Source: Candidatus Kaiserbacteria bacterium
Lineage (GTDB): Bacteria; Patescibacteriota; Minisyncoccia; Phycocordibacterales; UBA2100
NCBI GenBank assembly: GCA_016217925.1
Contig: JACRFK010000003.1
Coordinates: forward strand, 207,656-271,655
Reading direction: 5' to 3'
DNA: 64,000 nt
Shown here in pieces: positions 36,336 through 45,430 of this stretch. Below the pieces are notes generated by a model that saw nothing but the letters and a program-made list of their open reading frames with translations, was not told the DNA's origin and did no database searches. The translations under genes and the position numbers were made by a program. How positions within the stretch are numbered: the stretch's first letter is position 1; each line of letters opens with the position of its first letter.

Positions 36336-36956
36336 CTACGAAGATAGAACCACGACTTCATTCTCTTTGCCCGCGACATCGCGCGGCTTGATGGTGAGTT
36401 TGTCCACGGGCTTCGTGCCCTCCTCGCCTGCTTCTTTCAAAAATCGTTTGAGCGATTTGTCGTCGTACAAAATCGGGATGATTATTTTCGCTTCGAGCTT
36501 CACCGCAAGCTTCTGCGCCTCCGCCGGTGTGAGGGCGCCATTGCCCCCGATGGGGACGATGAGCACATCGGGTGAATCCATTTCAAGCACGTCGCCCGGC
36601 AAATCGAGATCGCCGAGTGCGCCGAGGTAGAGAATGGACATCCCGTCGAAGTGGGCATAGTAGATGGTGTTGATGCGAGGGTCATTCCCGTATTTGGAGC
36701 CCGATGCAAATCCCGCGATGGTCATGTCTTTCACCTCATACTCTCCAGGGCCTGAAATAATGAACGGCTGCCTTTCTCCGCGCGCCGCCTCTTCGGCGCC
36801 GTTCATATCGGGATGATTGAAAGAAATGAAAGCGACATCGGCGCCAAAATTCGTCGGTTTGAAATTTTTGGATTGTTTGGAGACGGGCCCGAAGACGACA
36901 GTCGTGTCCCCCGCCGCAGCGCGTATGCAAGCACCCTCGTGAAAAGTGAGAATCAT
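36336..36956 (-). CDS. MBL-fold metallo-hydrolase (degenerate metal motifs)
   Basis: ADVAFISFNHPD, ISGPGEYEV, DVLIVPIGG, KIIIPI. Confidence 0.85.
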   Translation of the reverse strand: MILTFHEGACIRAAAGDTTVVFGPVSKQSKNFKPTNFGADVAFISFNHPDMNGAEEAARGERQPFIISGPGEYEVKDMTIAGFASGSKYGNDPRINTIYYAHFDGMSILYLGALGDLDLPGDVLEMDSPDVLIVPIGGNGALTPAEAQKLAVKLEAKIIIPILYDDKSLKRFLKEAGEEGTKPVDKLTIKPRDVAGKENEVVVLSS

Positions 36957-37126
36957 GCCGCTATTATATAGCAATTTTGCTGTCCCCTAAAGGACACAGC
37001 ATGTCCTTGACGTTATCTTCATGGAACCCATACTGCGAGTAGCTGCCTGATCTTTCCTAGGGTGGCTAGTCGGCCACCTTGGCCGGCTCTTTAACTTTCA
37101 ACGGAAAGAAAACAGGAGCGAAACGA

Positions 37127-37570
37127 ATGACTCGTTTGAGAACGTTGTTGATGACAACGGCAGCAATCGCAGCCATGGCCATCGGTCTCGCTACAACCGT
37201 GCAAGCGACCGGTCCGGTTCTCGGCACCACGCTTGCTTCGTCGACTTTCAGCACAGGCCAAGCCGGTCCATCGCTGAAGATCGACGCGTTCAAGAGCACC
37301 GCGCTGCAGGCCATCCAGAGCCAGACGCAGTTCGAGCAGGCTATCGCCACGTCGGTCTACTTCGGCGACGGCACCGGCAAGAAGCTGGTCGGCGACAACG
37401 AGGCGGCGAAAACGGGTGCGACGTGGGCTATCACGTCAAGCACGGTCGGCTTCTACCGCATGCAGGCGCAGGTGCGCGGCTTCGACATCAAGGACGTCGC
37501 CGTCATCGACAAGGCCAAGCATAGCGTGATTACCCGGTTCGTTCCGCGGCAGGTGCTCTATACTTCGTGA
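37127..37570 (+). CDS. Secreted hypothetical protein
   Basis: AGGAG SD, signal peptide ending ATTVQA, biased codons, terminator at 37621-37650. Confidence 0.7.
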   Translation: MTRLRTLLMTTAAIAAMAIGLATTVQATGPVLGTTLASSTFSTGQAGPSLKIDAFKSTALQAIQSQTQFEQAIATSVYFGDGTGKKLVGDNEAAKTGATWAITSSTVGFYRMQAQVRGFDIKDVAVIDKAKHSVITRFVPRQVLYTS

Positions 37571-37620
37571 ACCACAACGTCTACAACGTTCTGATGAACG
37601 CATGTAGCGTTCGTTAGTGG

Positions 37621-37650
37621 AACCCCGGGCGGGAAACTGCCCGGGGTTTT
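37621..37650 (+). terminator. Intrinsic terminator
   Basis: AACCCCGGGC-gggaaact-GCCCGGGGTT followed by TT. Confidence 0.8.
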
Positions 37651-37656
37651 CATACA

Positions 37657-37685
37657 TTGACGTATATATCTTTAGGGAGTAGGTT
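37657..37685 (+). promoter_or_regulatory. Sigma70-type promoter
   Basis: TTGACG-17 bp-TAGGTT facing a region with no long ORF. Confidence 0.55.
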
Positions 37686-37689
37686 GGCC

Positions 37690-37995
37690 ACGATGCCAAG
37701 CGCGGTGTACAAGCCTTGGCAGCCGCCCAAAATCCACGGGGGGTCGTAATGGCAAGTCCGCCTCAGTAATTTTCAGCCTTCAATAGAAAGGGGGTCAGAA
37801 GATGAAAAAACCGGGTAAGTAGCTCCTAGAACTCTGATTAGACAGGAGGACGCAAAGCAAATCCGTCGACGAAAGCGTAATTAACTTTCGTTCGGGACTC
37901 GTACAAATGTTCTTCGGGGAAAATCGGTACAAATCCCCAGTACCACTGACCTGATTAACGGCTCTGGCCGTAATTGACTTGAAGTCAAATACTCC
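37690..37995 (+). ncRNA. Candidate structured ncRNA (possibly divergent or permuted tmRNA-like)
   Basis: Own promoter, no long ORF, several hairpins, short internal reading frame. Confidence 0.35.
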
Positions 37996-38185
37996 ACAGC
38001 GTTTCTACAATGGGAGTGCGGCGAGCATTACAAAACTCGCCCACCCCTAACCCTTTTTATACATTGACCGCAAAGACGAATTGCCATATACTCCGCGGAC
38101 ATATTAGTAGTGTACGCGCGGTTCATACCTCCCTGCCGACTGTCACGGTAGCGCAAGCAGGAAGGCACCAAAGCGTCCATTTAAA

Positions 38186-39304
38186 ATGTCAGAAGAAGAG
38201 AAGAAGGTTGTTGGTAGTGAAGAGAGCGAAGTCGAGGTAGTGCAGGAGAAGCAGGGCCCCATGGCGGAGCTTATGGCTACTGCCGGTACGCCGCCTGTCG
38301 TAGATGACGTCGTCGAAGGCCCCGTTGTCGCTATTGGCCGCGCGCGTGTATTCATCGATCTCGCGCCATACGGCACGGGTATCATCTACGGCCGCGAATA
38401 CCTTTCCGCACGTGAGGCCCTCAAGAACGTGAACATCGGCGACACGGTGACCGCGAAAGTCGTCGGGATGGACAACGCCGAGGGTTATATCGAATTGTCA
38501 TTGCGCGAAGCGCGCCAGGCCGTCATCTGGAACGAAGCCGAACAGGCCATGCAGAAAAAGACGGTCTTCGAATTGCCGGTCGTGGATGCCAACAAAGGCG
38601 GGCTCATCATCAATTGGAACGGTCTCGCAGGATTTTTGCCCGCCTCCCAGCTCGCACCCGCGCACTACCCGCGCGTACCCGACGGTGACAAGGAAAAGAT
38701 CTTCGTTGAGCTCAAGAAAATGGTGGGAACGAAAGTCGAGGTCATGGTCATCACCGCGAGCCCGAAGGAGCAGAAGCTCATCTTCAGCGAAAAGGGCGCG
38801 GGTGTCACCGAGCGCGCGTCGCTCGTGGAGAAATACCACGTGGGCGATACACTCGACGGCATCGTGACAGGCGCGACTGAATTCGGTGTCTTCGTGAAAA
38901 TAGAAGAAGGCCTCGAGGGCTTGGTGCACATCTCCGAAATGGATTGGGCGCTCGTCGAGAATCCGAAGACGCGCTTCAAGGTTGGTGAGCCGGTCAAGGT
39001 AAAGGTCATCGAGATAAAGGACGACAAAGTTTCCCTCTCCATCAAAGCGCTTCTTGACGACCCGTGGAAGGCGGCCGGCGCCAAATACAAAAAAGACCAG
39101 CGCGTGGATGCCGTCGTCATCAAATACAACAAACACGGTGCACTCGCTTCTATCGAAGAGGGCGTCGCAGGATTGGTGCACATCTCCGAATTCGCCAACG
39201 AAGACGACCTCCGCACGAAATTGGAACTCGGCAAAGTGTATCCGTTCACGATTACTTTCTTTGAACCGAAGGACAGAAGGATGACGCTCAAGCCCGCTGT
39301 TTAG
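38186..39304 (+). CDS. rpsA: 30S ribosomal protein S1 (four S1 domains)
   Basis: GFLPASQL, FGVFV...EGLVHISE, AGLVHISE repeats. Confidence 0.93.
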   Translation: MSEEEKKVVGSEESEVEVVQEKQGPMAELMATAGTPPVVDDVVEGPVVAIGRARVFIDLAPYGTGIIYGREYLSAREALKNVNIGDTVTAKVVGMDNAEGYIELSLREARQAVIWNEAEQAMQKKTVFELPVVDANKGGLIINWNGLAGFLPASQLAPAHYPRVPDGDKEKIFVELKKMVGTKVEVMVITASPKEQKLIFSEKGAGVTERASLVEKYHVGDTLDGIVTGATEFGVFVKIEEGLEGLVHISEMDWALVENPKTRFKVGEPVKVKVIEIKDDKVSLSIKALLDDPWKAAGAKYKKDQRVDAVVIKYNKHGALASIEEGVAGLVHISEFANEDDLRTKLELGKVYPFTITFFEPKDRRMTLKPAV

Positions 39305-39378
39305 TCAACGCTACATAGCAAAAGGCTCGGCCGCGGTATCCACGCTGCGGTCGAGCCTTTTTGCAGTGCATTGGGTTT

Positions 39379-39708
39379 TCATTTTCCCCTCCGCCTGCCA
39401 TACAGTTCCGTGACAAATCCGGATGTGACTTGGTTTCGAAGTTCCGCGATGAGCGCCTCACGCTCCGAGGCATTACTCATTGCCATTCGTGTCAGTCGGC
39501 CCTTGAACTCTCTGTCCCAGGAGTCGCAGTCCGGGACCATCACGTCGCCGACCTCCTTTGACAATTCGTCGATAACGGATATCCGCATTCTCGAACGAAC
39601 CGCGAGTCCAAGTTCACCCTGAGCGACGGTTACTTGAACATAGAACCACTCGACGGTACGCCATTGCTGCAGATATTCCCACCAGGGAATTCGCTGATGC
39701 AGTCGCAT
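39379..39708 (-). CDS. Hypothetical protein
   Basis: GGAGGTG SD before ATG; hairpin plus T-tract near 39320-39362. Confidence 0.5.
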   Translation of the reverse strand: MRLHQRIPWWEYLQQWRTVEWFYVQVTVAQGELGLAVRSRMRISVIDELSKEVGDVMVPDCDSWDREFKGRLTRMAMSNASEREALIAELRNQVTSGFVTELYGRRRGK

Positions 39709-39782
39709 GGCTCACCTCCCTGGTTAGCGACAGAACTATCTCTGCCGAGCAGCAGCTAAGCACGCTCATGAAGCCGCGTCAA

Positions 39783-39826
39783 TCCCGACGCTTCGGTCGG
39801 GACTCCGACCCTATTTGGCGTCGGAG
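39783..39826. repeat. Double-hairpin repeat overlapping the pth stop codon
   Basis: TCCCGAC..GTCGGGA CTCCGAC..GTCGGAG. Confidence 0.7.
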
Positions 39827-40443
39827 TTGAACTTGTTCATCGCTATCTGAGGGCCGTCGGCGACGACAGCCTCGAGCGCTCCCGCGACTTTTTTGAAAAC
39901 TTTTTGTAAAATTTCTAATTCTGACGGTTTTCCGCCGGAGGCGGATCCTCCTTTGGAGGAGAACTTCGAGAGAATGAATTTGACGACTTCGTCTTCGCCT
40001 TGCGGCTTCTTGAGTTTGCCCCCCGGAGTCTCGGGCGAGACGCCTACGCGCACGCGCGTGAATTTCTTGGTCTTCACCGCTTTCATAATAGACTCGACTC
40101 CCCTGTGCCCGCCACTTCCTCTATTGAATGAGAGCTTGAGGCCGCCGATAGGCAGGTCGAGGTCGTCGTAGACGACGACCATGCGCTCGGCGGCCTTCTG
40201 ACTTTTGACGAATTTGAGTACCGCCGCGCCGGATTTGTTCATAAAGGTGTCCGGAGCGACGAGTACGACCGCAGTTTTCCCTATCATGCCGCTCGCTACA
40301 TGCGCTTTTGACTTGTTATCCTCCTTCCAGTCGCCGAATTGCATCTGTTTCCCAAAAAATTCAAGCGCCATGCGGCCTGTATTGTGCCGCGTGCCTTGAT
40401 ATTCCTCTCCGGGATTCCCCAAACCGACGATTACCCATGCCAT
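39811..40443 (-). CDS. pth: Peptidyl-tRNA hydrolase
   Basis: IVGLGNPG..Y..TRHN.G, TFMNKSG, VYDDLDLP, GSGGHRG. Confidence 0.96.
   Translation of the reverse strand: MAWVIVGLGNPGEEYQGTRHNTGRMALEFFGKQMQFGDWKEDNKSKAHVASGMIGKTAVVLVAPDTFMNKSGAAVLKFVKSQKAAERMVVVYDDLDLPIGGLKLSFNRGSGGHRGVESIMKAVKTKKFTRVRVGVSPETPGGKLKKPQGEDEVVKFILSKFSSKGGSASGGKPSELEILQKVFKKVAGALEAVVADGPQIAMNKFNSDAK
39931..39960. repeat. 30-bp double-hairpin repeat in frame in pth
   Basis: TCCGCC-GGA-GGCGGA TCCTCC-TTT-GGAGGA; peptide SSKGGSASGG. Confidence 0.85.
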
Positions 40444-40461
40444 GAGCGGATAATATCCGCT

Positions 40462-40548
40462 AATTTTCAATTTACAAGTAACAATTTTCAAAAAACGCCG
40501 CATTACGAGCTCCTCATTTGAAAATTGGAAATTGGAAATTGGAAATTT
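40462..40548. repeat. Heptamer-periodic AT-rich inverted repeat
   Basis: (TGGAAAT)x3 tandem facing CAATTTW units; same family as 24236-24317. Confidence 0.65.
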
Positions 40549-40644
40549 CGCGATGGAACATCGCGCACGCTTGGTGTCAACGCCGCTCACACAGTAGAAT
40601 ATCGCACATGTCTGATCCCGTGGTGCCAGTTGACCCATCACGGA

Positions 40645-40745
40645 CCCCGTTAGAGATTCATAGAGAACTTGTTGTTGGTGATTTAAATAGTATATGAGTG
40701 AAAACTCACCAAGTGAGGCGCAAAACGTCCCCGTCTCTAACGGGG
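40645..40745. mobile_element. MITE-like inverted-repeat element spanning the lepB start
   Basis: CCCCGTTAGAGA...TCTCTAACGGGG; flanks CGGA/CGGG (imperfect duplication). Confidence 0.75.
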
Positions 40746-41305
40746 CGGGTACCCAAAAAGGTTCTCAGCGCTCACTATTCATTTACACGGTCGTTGCGCT
40801 CGGCCTCGCGCTCTTCATCCGCTTTTTCGTCGCTGCGCCGTACGTCGTTTCAGGTGCTTCCATGGAACCAAACTTCGAAGATTGGAATTATTTGATCGTT
40901 GACCGTGTGTCGTATGTCTTTGGGGCCCCCGTTCGCGGAGACGTCATCGTTCTCGACCTTCCGCAGAACGAAAGCCGCGCGCTCATCAAGCGAGTTATCG
41001 GCCTCCCCGGTGAGACCGTCGTACTCTCCGGCCAAAAAGTGACGATTATCAACGAAGAGCACCCGCAAGGCTTCACACTCGAGGAGCCGTACCTCGATGC
41101 AGCCAACCTCACGGGCAGCAACGAGCTTACGATGGAACTTTCCGGAGACGAATATTTTGTACTCGGCGACAACCGCCGCGTTTCCGCAGATTCACGCATC
41201 TGGGGCTCGCTTCCGCGCAAGGACATCGTCGGCCGCGTGTTTATAAGACTCTACCCTCTCGATCACATCGGTATTTTTCCCGCTGAAGCACGCTACACGG
41301 AATAA
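40694..41305 (+). CDS. lepB: Signal peptidase I
   Basis: VSGASMEP, LIKRVIGLPGE, YFVLGDNR..SADSR. Confidence 0.96.
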   Translation: MSENSPSEAQNVPVSNGAGTQKGSQRSLFIYTVVALGLALFIRFFVAAPYVVSGASMEPNFEDWNYLIVDRVSYVFGAPVRGDVIVLDLPQNESRALIKRVIGLPGETVVLSGQKVTIINEEHPQGFTLEEPYLDAANLTGSNELTMELSGDEYFVLGDNRRVSADSRIWGSLPRKDIVGRVFIRLYPLDHIGIFPAEARYTE

Positions 41306-41308
41306 CAT

Positions 41309-42601
41309 ATGATCAGATTGCGAGACACACAGTACCAGAACACCGCCGCGTTCCTAGAGAATGCGATACGTATCGCCGAGTACTACGGATTTGCACCGCT
41401 CGATAGCATGCCCCGCAACGCCGCGAATTCCGATTCGGCGGGCAAGCGCGGCGTCTTGCCTCTTTCCAAGGTCGAATCCGCGATAGCGTTCGCACGCAGA
41501 GACGAGCGCACCCTCCTTTCCGGCGCGCGCAAATGCATGAGTTGTCTCCCAGCGTTAGTGAATCTACCGTCCGCATCAGCGACCGGCCCCTTTGCGCCTC
41601 CGCACAGCGGCACCTTGCTCGCGTGGCGGACACTCACAAGCACGACCGGTATTCCATCGGTATCTTTTGAGCTCCACATCGTAGGTTCGACGAGCGCGAT
41701 GGCCGAAGCGCTTCTCATCGTCGTTGGCAATGCCATAGCGGAAGAAGCGGGTATTAAGGAGCGTGCGCTCGCCATCAACAACATCGGCTCGTCCGATTCG
41801 TCGAATCGCTTCGTGCGGGATGTCGGACTCTATCTGCGCAAGCACATCGAATCGATATCGCCCACGCTGCGCCCACGCGCAGCCGTCGACCCCTTGGGCA
41901 CGCTCGTGCAGCTCATCGAGCGCGGTCATCCGGCCACACCGCGCGCGCCACAAGCGATGGAATATCTGACCGAAGAGGAGCGCCGGAAATTCTGGGAACT
42001 CCTCGAGTACCTCGAGGTGTTCGGACTACCGTATGAATTAAATGCGCACATCCTCGGCAGCCGTGATTGCTGGTCGCACTCGCTCTTCGAGATCTCCACA
42101 ACGGACTCCGAGACCGGAGCGCGTATCCCCGTCTCATTTGGCGGACGCTACGATCCTCTTGCGAGCCGTTTCGCCCGCACGCCCTCATCCGCGACGATGA
42201 TATCCATCACCTGCGAAGTGCGCGGGAAAACTCGCCCCATGAGAAAAAAGAATTCCAACGGTGCAGGCGTGAAGTCCGATGACGCTCAACCTGCGGTCTA
42301 TTTCGCCCACCTCGGAAGTGAAGCGCGCCGCCGCGTACTCGGCGTTCTTGAAAACTTGCGCCACGCCTCAATACCGGTGCATCAGGGCATCTGGTACGAG
42401 CGCGTTGCCGAGCAGATGGCGGCGGCCCGCACACTCGCCGTGCCGTACATCCTCATCATGGGACACAAAGAAGCGGTGGAGGGCACGATACTCGTTCGTG
42501 AGGTAGCGACCAATTCCCAGGACGCGATTCCCCTTCCCGAACTTCCCAATTACCTCAAACGCCGCCGCGTCGGTGCGTGGCGCGAAGGAGCGCACGCTTG
42601 A
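41309..42601 (+). CDS. Degenerate histidyl-tRNA synthetase/HisZ-like protein
   Basis: AEYYGF, FGGRYD motif 3 and a C-terminal anticodon-binding domain; motif 2 not recognisable. Confidence 0.7.
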   Translation: MIRLRDTQYQNTAAFLENAIRIAEYYGFAPLDSMPRNAANSDSAGKRGVLPLSKVESAIAFARRDERTLLSGARKCMSCLPALVNLPSASATGPFAPPHSGTLLAWRTLTSTTGIPSVSFELHIVGSTSAMAEALLIVVGNAIAEEAGIKERALAINNIGSSDSSNRFVRDVGLYLRKHIESISPTLRPRAAVDPLGTLVQLIERGHPATPRAPQAMEYLTEEERRKFWELLEYLEVFGLPYELNAHILGSRDCWSHSLFEISTTDSETGARIPVSFGGRYDPLASRFARTPSSATMISITCEVRGKTRPMRKKNSNGAGVKSDDAQPAVYFAHLGSEARRRVLGVLENLRHASIPVHQGIWYERVAEQMAAARTLAVPYILIMGHKEAVEGTILVREVATNSQDAIPLPELPNYLKRRRVGAWREGAHA

Positions 42602-42707
42602 ATAAATCAAACTGCAAACTCCAAAGTGCAAAATGATAATGATGCACTTTTTGGTTTTTGGATTTTGACTTTTGCATATGCAGATGGTAGACTCGTCGCC
42701 ACATGAG

Positions 42708-42823
42708 TCCCGTTAGAAGTAGCGGACGCATGTGCCTAGATTAACCAAGAAAACCAACCTTATTACACTTTATCGAGTATGGTGCGAGACGTCCTACGTT
42801 TCCGCGTCCTACTTCTAACGGGA
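42708..42823. mobile_element. MITE-like inverted-repeat element at the rpsU start
   Basis: TCCCGTTAGAAGTAG...CTACTTCTAACGGGA with TGAG duplicated at 42704-42707 and 42824-42827. Confidence 0.85.
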
Positions 42824-43155
42824 TGAGCATAAACGCAGAAGTATCCAAAAGCGGCAATGAAAGCACGCTTTCTACCATTCGCAAATTCTCCCGCCGCGTA
42901 CAGGGTACGGGCTTGGTACGCACCGTCCGCGGAGGACGCTACTACACACGCACCGCATCCAAGATAGTGAAGAAGAAGCGCGCGCTCAAGCTCATTAAGC
43001 GCCGCGCTGACTACAAGCAGCTCATCAAGGAGGGTAAGGTCATCGAAGCTGCGCCCCGCCACGGACAAGGAGGCCGCCCATCGCACAATCGCCCCGGCCA
43101 GACTGAACAATCGTCCGCTCCGAAGCCTGCCGAGAGTACCCCTGTCGCAAGATAA
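42823..43155 (+). CDS. rpsU: 30S ribosomal protein bS21-like with C-terminal extension
   Basis: EVSKSGNESTLSTIRKFSRRVQ.TGLV...YY..S...KK pattern. Confidence 0.7.
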   Translation: MSINAEVSKSGNESTLSTIRKFSRRVQGTGLVRTVRGGRYYTRTASKIVKKKRALKLIKRRADYKQLIKEGKVIEAAPRHGQGGRPSHNRPGQTEQSSAPKPAESTPVAR

Positions 43156-43195
43156 CGACTTCGTAAGTCGTTATAACGATTTGCGAAGTCGTTAT
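43152..43195. repeat. Tandem palindromes (AACGACTT..AAGTCGTT family)
   Basis: TAACGACTTCGTAAGTCGTTA plus a degenerate second copy; also at 44837 and 45010. Confidence 0.7.
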
Positions 43196-43610
43196 GCACC
43201 CAACGATGAAAACCGGGATTACAACGACTATTCGCGGCCCTATGCCACGAATTCCGTTTGAGAAGATAGCCCGCGCGATACTTGGCAAGAACTATGAGCT
43301 TTCACTCGTCATCTGCGGCGATAAACTCGTGCGCCGGATGAATCAGAAGTATCGGAAGAAGAGTTACCGGCCAAATATCCTTTCCTTTCCCCTTTCAAAG
43401 GACGAGGGGGAGATTTTTTTGAACGTCCGCGCGGCGGCGCGCGAAGCGCGCCGCCTCAAGGTCCCCCTTCGTGACCGTTTGGCTCTATTGTTTGTCCACG
43501 GATGCTTACACTTAAAGGGACTGCAACATGGGCGTATAATGGAGGCACAAGAGCAGCGCATTCTGCGTGTCTTTCATTTTTCATGCAACGGCCAATATAT
43601 ACAGGAATAG
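43194..43610 (+). CDS. ybeY: rRNA maturation endoribonuclease YbeY
   Basis: NQKYR, NILSFP, GEIF, HGCLHLKGLQH; start uncertain. Confidence 0.9.
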   Translation: MHPTMKTGITTTIRGPMPRIPFEKIARAILGKNYELSLVICGDKLVRRMNQKYRKKSYRPNILSFPLSKDEGEIFLNVRAAAREARRLKVPLRDRLALLFVHGCLHLKGLQHGRIMEAQEQRILRVFHFSCNGQYIQE

Positions 43611-44755
43611 ACATCGGCACGTACCACGTCAAGGTCGTTGTCGCAGCGCCTACGGAGAACTCTGAGCTCCCGCTTACTATCCTGGGCACCGGCACATCGA
43701 CGTCGCGCGGATTACGGCACGGCTATATCATCGACCAAAAAGAGGCGACGCGGAGTATCCGCGAGGCGCTCGGGCGTGCGCTCGGCGCGGCAAAGGTCAA
43801 AGTGCGTAGCACACGGGTGGCCCTCGGGGGCATCGGCCTCGATGAGATACGTTCCACCGGCGAAGTAGCGCTTACCGTATCCGGCGGCGTCGTGACAGAG
43901 CGCGAGATAGACCGCGCACTCCGCGAGAGCGAGAAAAAAGCTTCCGCCAAGCTAACGAACCGCACCGTTATCCATGCAATACCGCTCGAGTACCGTGTAG
44001 ATGGCACCAAGGTTTTCGGCAGGCCGCTCGGGCTTCAAGGCACGCGCCTCACCGTCGACACGCTCCTCATAACGATGCTCTCACAACACCAGGAAGACCT
44101 CATCGAGGCGGTCGAGGCCGCCGGTATCGAAGTCGATGGCGTTATGGCCTCTCCGCTTGCCGCGAGCCTCGTCACGCTCACGAAGGCGCAAAAAACCGCT
44201 GGCGTCGTCCTCGCGAATATCGGCGCAGAAACACTCTCTGTCGTCGTCTTCGAAGACGATACGCCGATCTCGCTCAAGATCTTCCCGACCGGCTCATCCG
44301 AGATAACGGAATCCATCGCCCTTTCGTTCAAGATACCGCTCTCGGAAGCAGAGAGCCTCAAGCGTGGCGGTGTGATTGGAAGCGACATCCCAGAGAAAAA
44401 AATGGGCGTCATTATCGGCGCACAGCTCAAAGAAATGTACACACTCGTGAACGCACATCTGAAAACCATCGGCCGCCACCGTCTTTTGCCCGCGGGTATC
44501 GTCATTACAGGCGGCGGCTCAGGCCTTACTTCCGCGGCGGAAATCGCACGCGCCGTCCTCCAGCTACCCTCGCAGGTCTCACAGATAGGGCAGATGCCAC
44601 GCTCATCCGGCGTTGACGCCACGTGGGCGGTCGCCTACGGCCTCTGTAGGTGGGCCTACGCCGAAGACGCCTCAGGGGCGCGGCAGACGTTTGGCGGGGT
44701 CCTCTCCGGCGGCTGGGAGTCATTGAAACAAGGCTTGCGATCGTTACTCCCATAA
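43583..44755 (+). CDS. ftsA: Cell division protein FtsA
   Basis: GIDIGT, GLRHGYI, NIGAET, GIVITGGGS; upstream of ftsZ. Confidence 0.92.
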   Translation: MQRPIYTGIDIGTYHVKVVVAAPTENSELPLTILGTGTSTSRGLRHGYIIDQKEATRSIREALGRALGAAKVKVRSTRVALGGIGLDEIRSTGEVALTVSGGVVTEREIDRALRESEKKASAKLTNRTVIHAIPLEYRVDGTKVFGRPLGLQGTRLTVDTLLITMLSQHQEDLIEAVEAAGIEVDGVMASPLAASLVTLTKAQKTAGVVLANIGAETLSVVVFEDDTPISLKIFPTGSSEITESIALSFKIPLSEAESLKRGGVIGSDIPEKKMGVIIGAQLKEMYTLVNAHLKTIGRHRLLPAGIVITGGGSGLTSAAEIARAVLQLPSQVSQIGQMPRSSGVDATWAVAYGLCRWAYAEDASGARQTFGGVLSGGWESLKQGLRSLLP

Positions 44756-44836
44756 AAAGACACGGACTCGCCAACGCGGCGAGCCCGCATGTTCAGACGA
44801 TAATCAAGAGCAAGATTATCGCTGTAACCAGAAAAT

Positions 44837-45062
44837 TAACGACTTCGTAAGTCGTTATCATAAGTCGTTCTCATGCAATGAGATGTCATCTCATTGCAAA
44901 TCTAATATTCTTATATTTCGTCTATGGTGAGAAATAGGAACATCGAAGATATTCCCAGTTGGTGACGACAGCTTACGAATGGGAATATTGCTTTTCGCAT
45001 TAAAAAGATTAAAGACTTCGTAAGTCGTTATTCCCTACGCAATGAGATGTCACCTCATTGGG
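44837..45062. repeat. Two composite palindrome units flanking an AT-rich spacer
   Basis: [ACGACTTCGTAAGTCGTTA + CAATGAGATGTCAYCTCATTG] at 44837-44898 and 45010-45062. Confidence 0.75.
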
Positions 45063-45158
45063 TCTCATAAAAGAAGAACCGCCTCGCCGAGAGAAGATGT
45101 CCCGACGAGGTCGGTGGTTCTTCTTCGACGTAGCGGTTCGTTAGTCCAAGAGGCTCGC

Positions 45159-45317
45159 TTACATTTTCTGCAGCGTGCGAGCTACCCAGACCATCGCGGC
45201 TAACGTCACAACGACAAAAACGACCAGTTGGATTTGGGGCCGTATTTCAGGCGCAATGGCCCAGAGCACGGCGACCATAATCACAATGGCGGTAAGCGGG
45301 AGCAGCAAACTTTTCAT
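45159..45317 (-). CDS. Small two-TM membrane protein
   Basis: 52 aa, two hydrophobic helices, AGGGG SD. Confidence 0.5.
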   Translation of the reverse strand: MKSLLLPLTAIVIMVAVLWAIAPEIRPQIQLVVFVVVTLAAMVWVARTLQKM

Positions 45318-45430
45318 TTTCTTCCCCTGGTTTCGTAGCGTTGACGATTCGTGACCAAGTTGTATGATACCACCCCATATTGTGTTTGTCAAGCTTGCCC
45401 TTTTCGGTAAAGTGCTATTATGGCCTCACT

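Noticed and set aside
37820-37890. c-di-GMP-I riboswitch (GGACGCAAAGC)
   Set aside because: Only one short motif matches; the GGCAAAC junction and GNRA-capped P2 are not evident.
44837-45062. CRISPR array
   Set aside because: Only two composite units with a ~110-bp spacer, the same palindromes occur singly elsewhere, and there are no cas genes.
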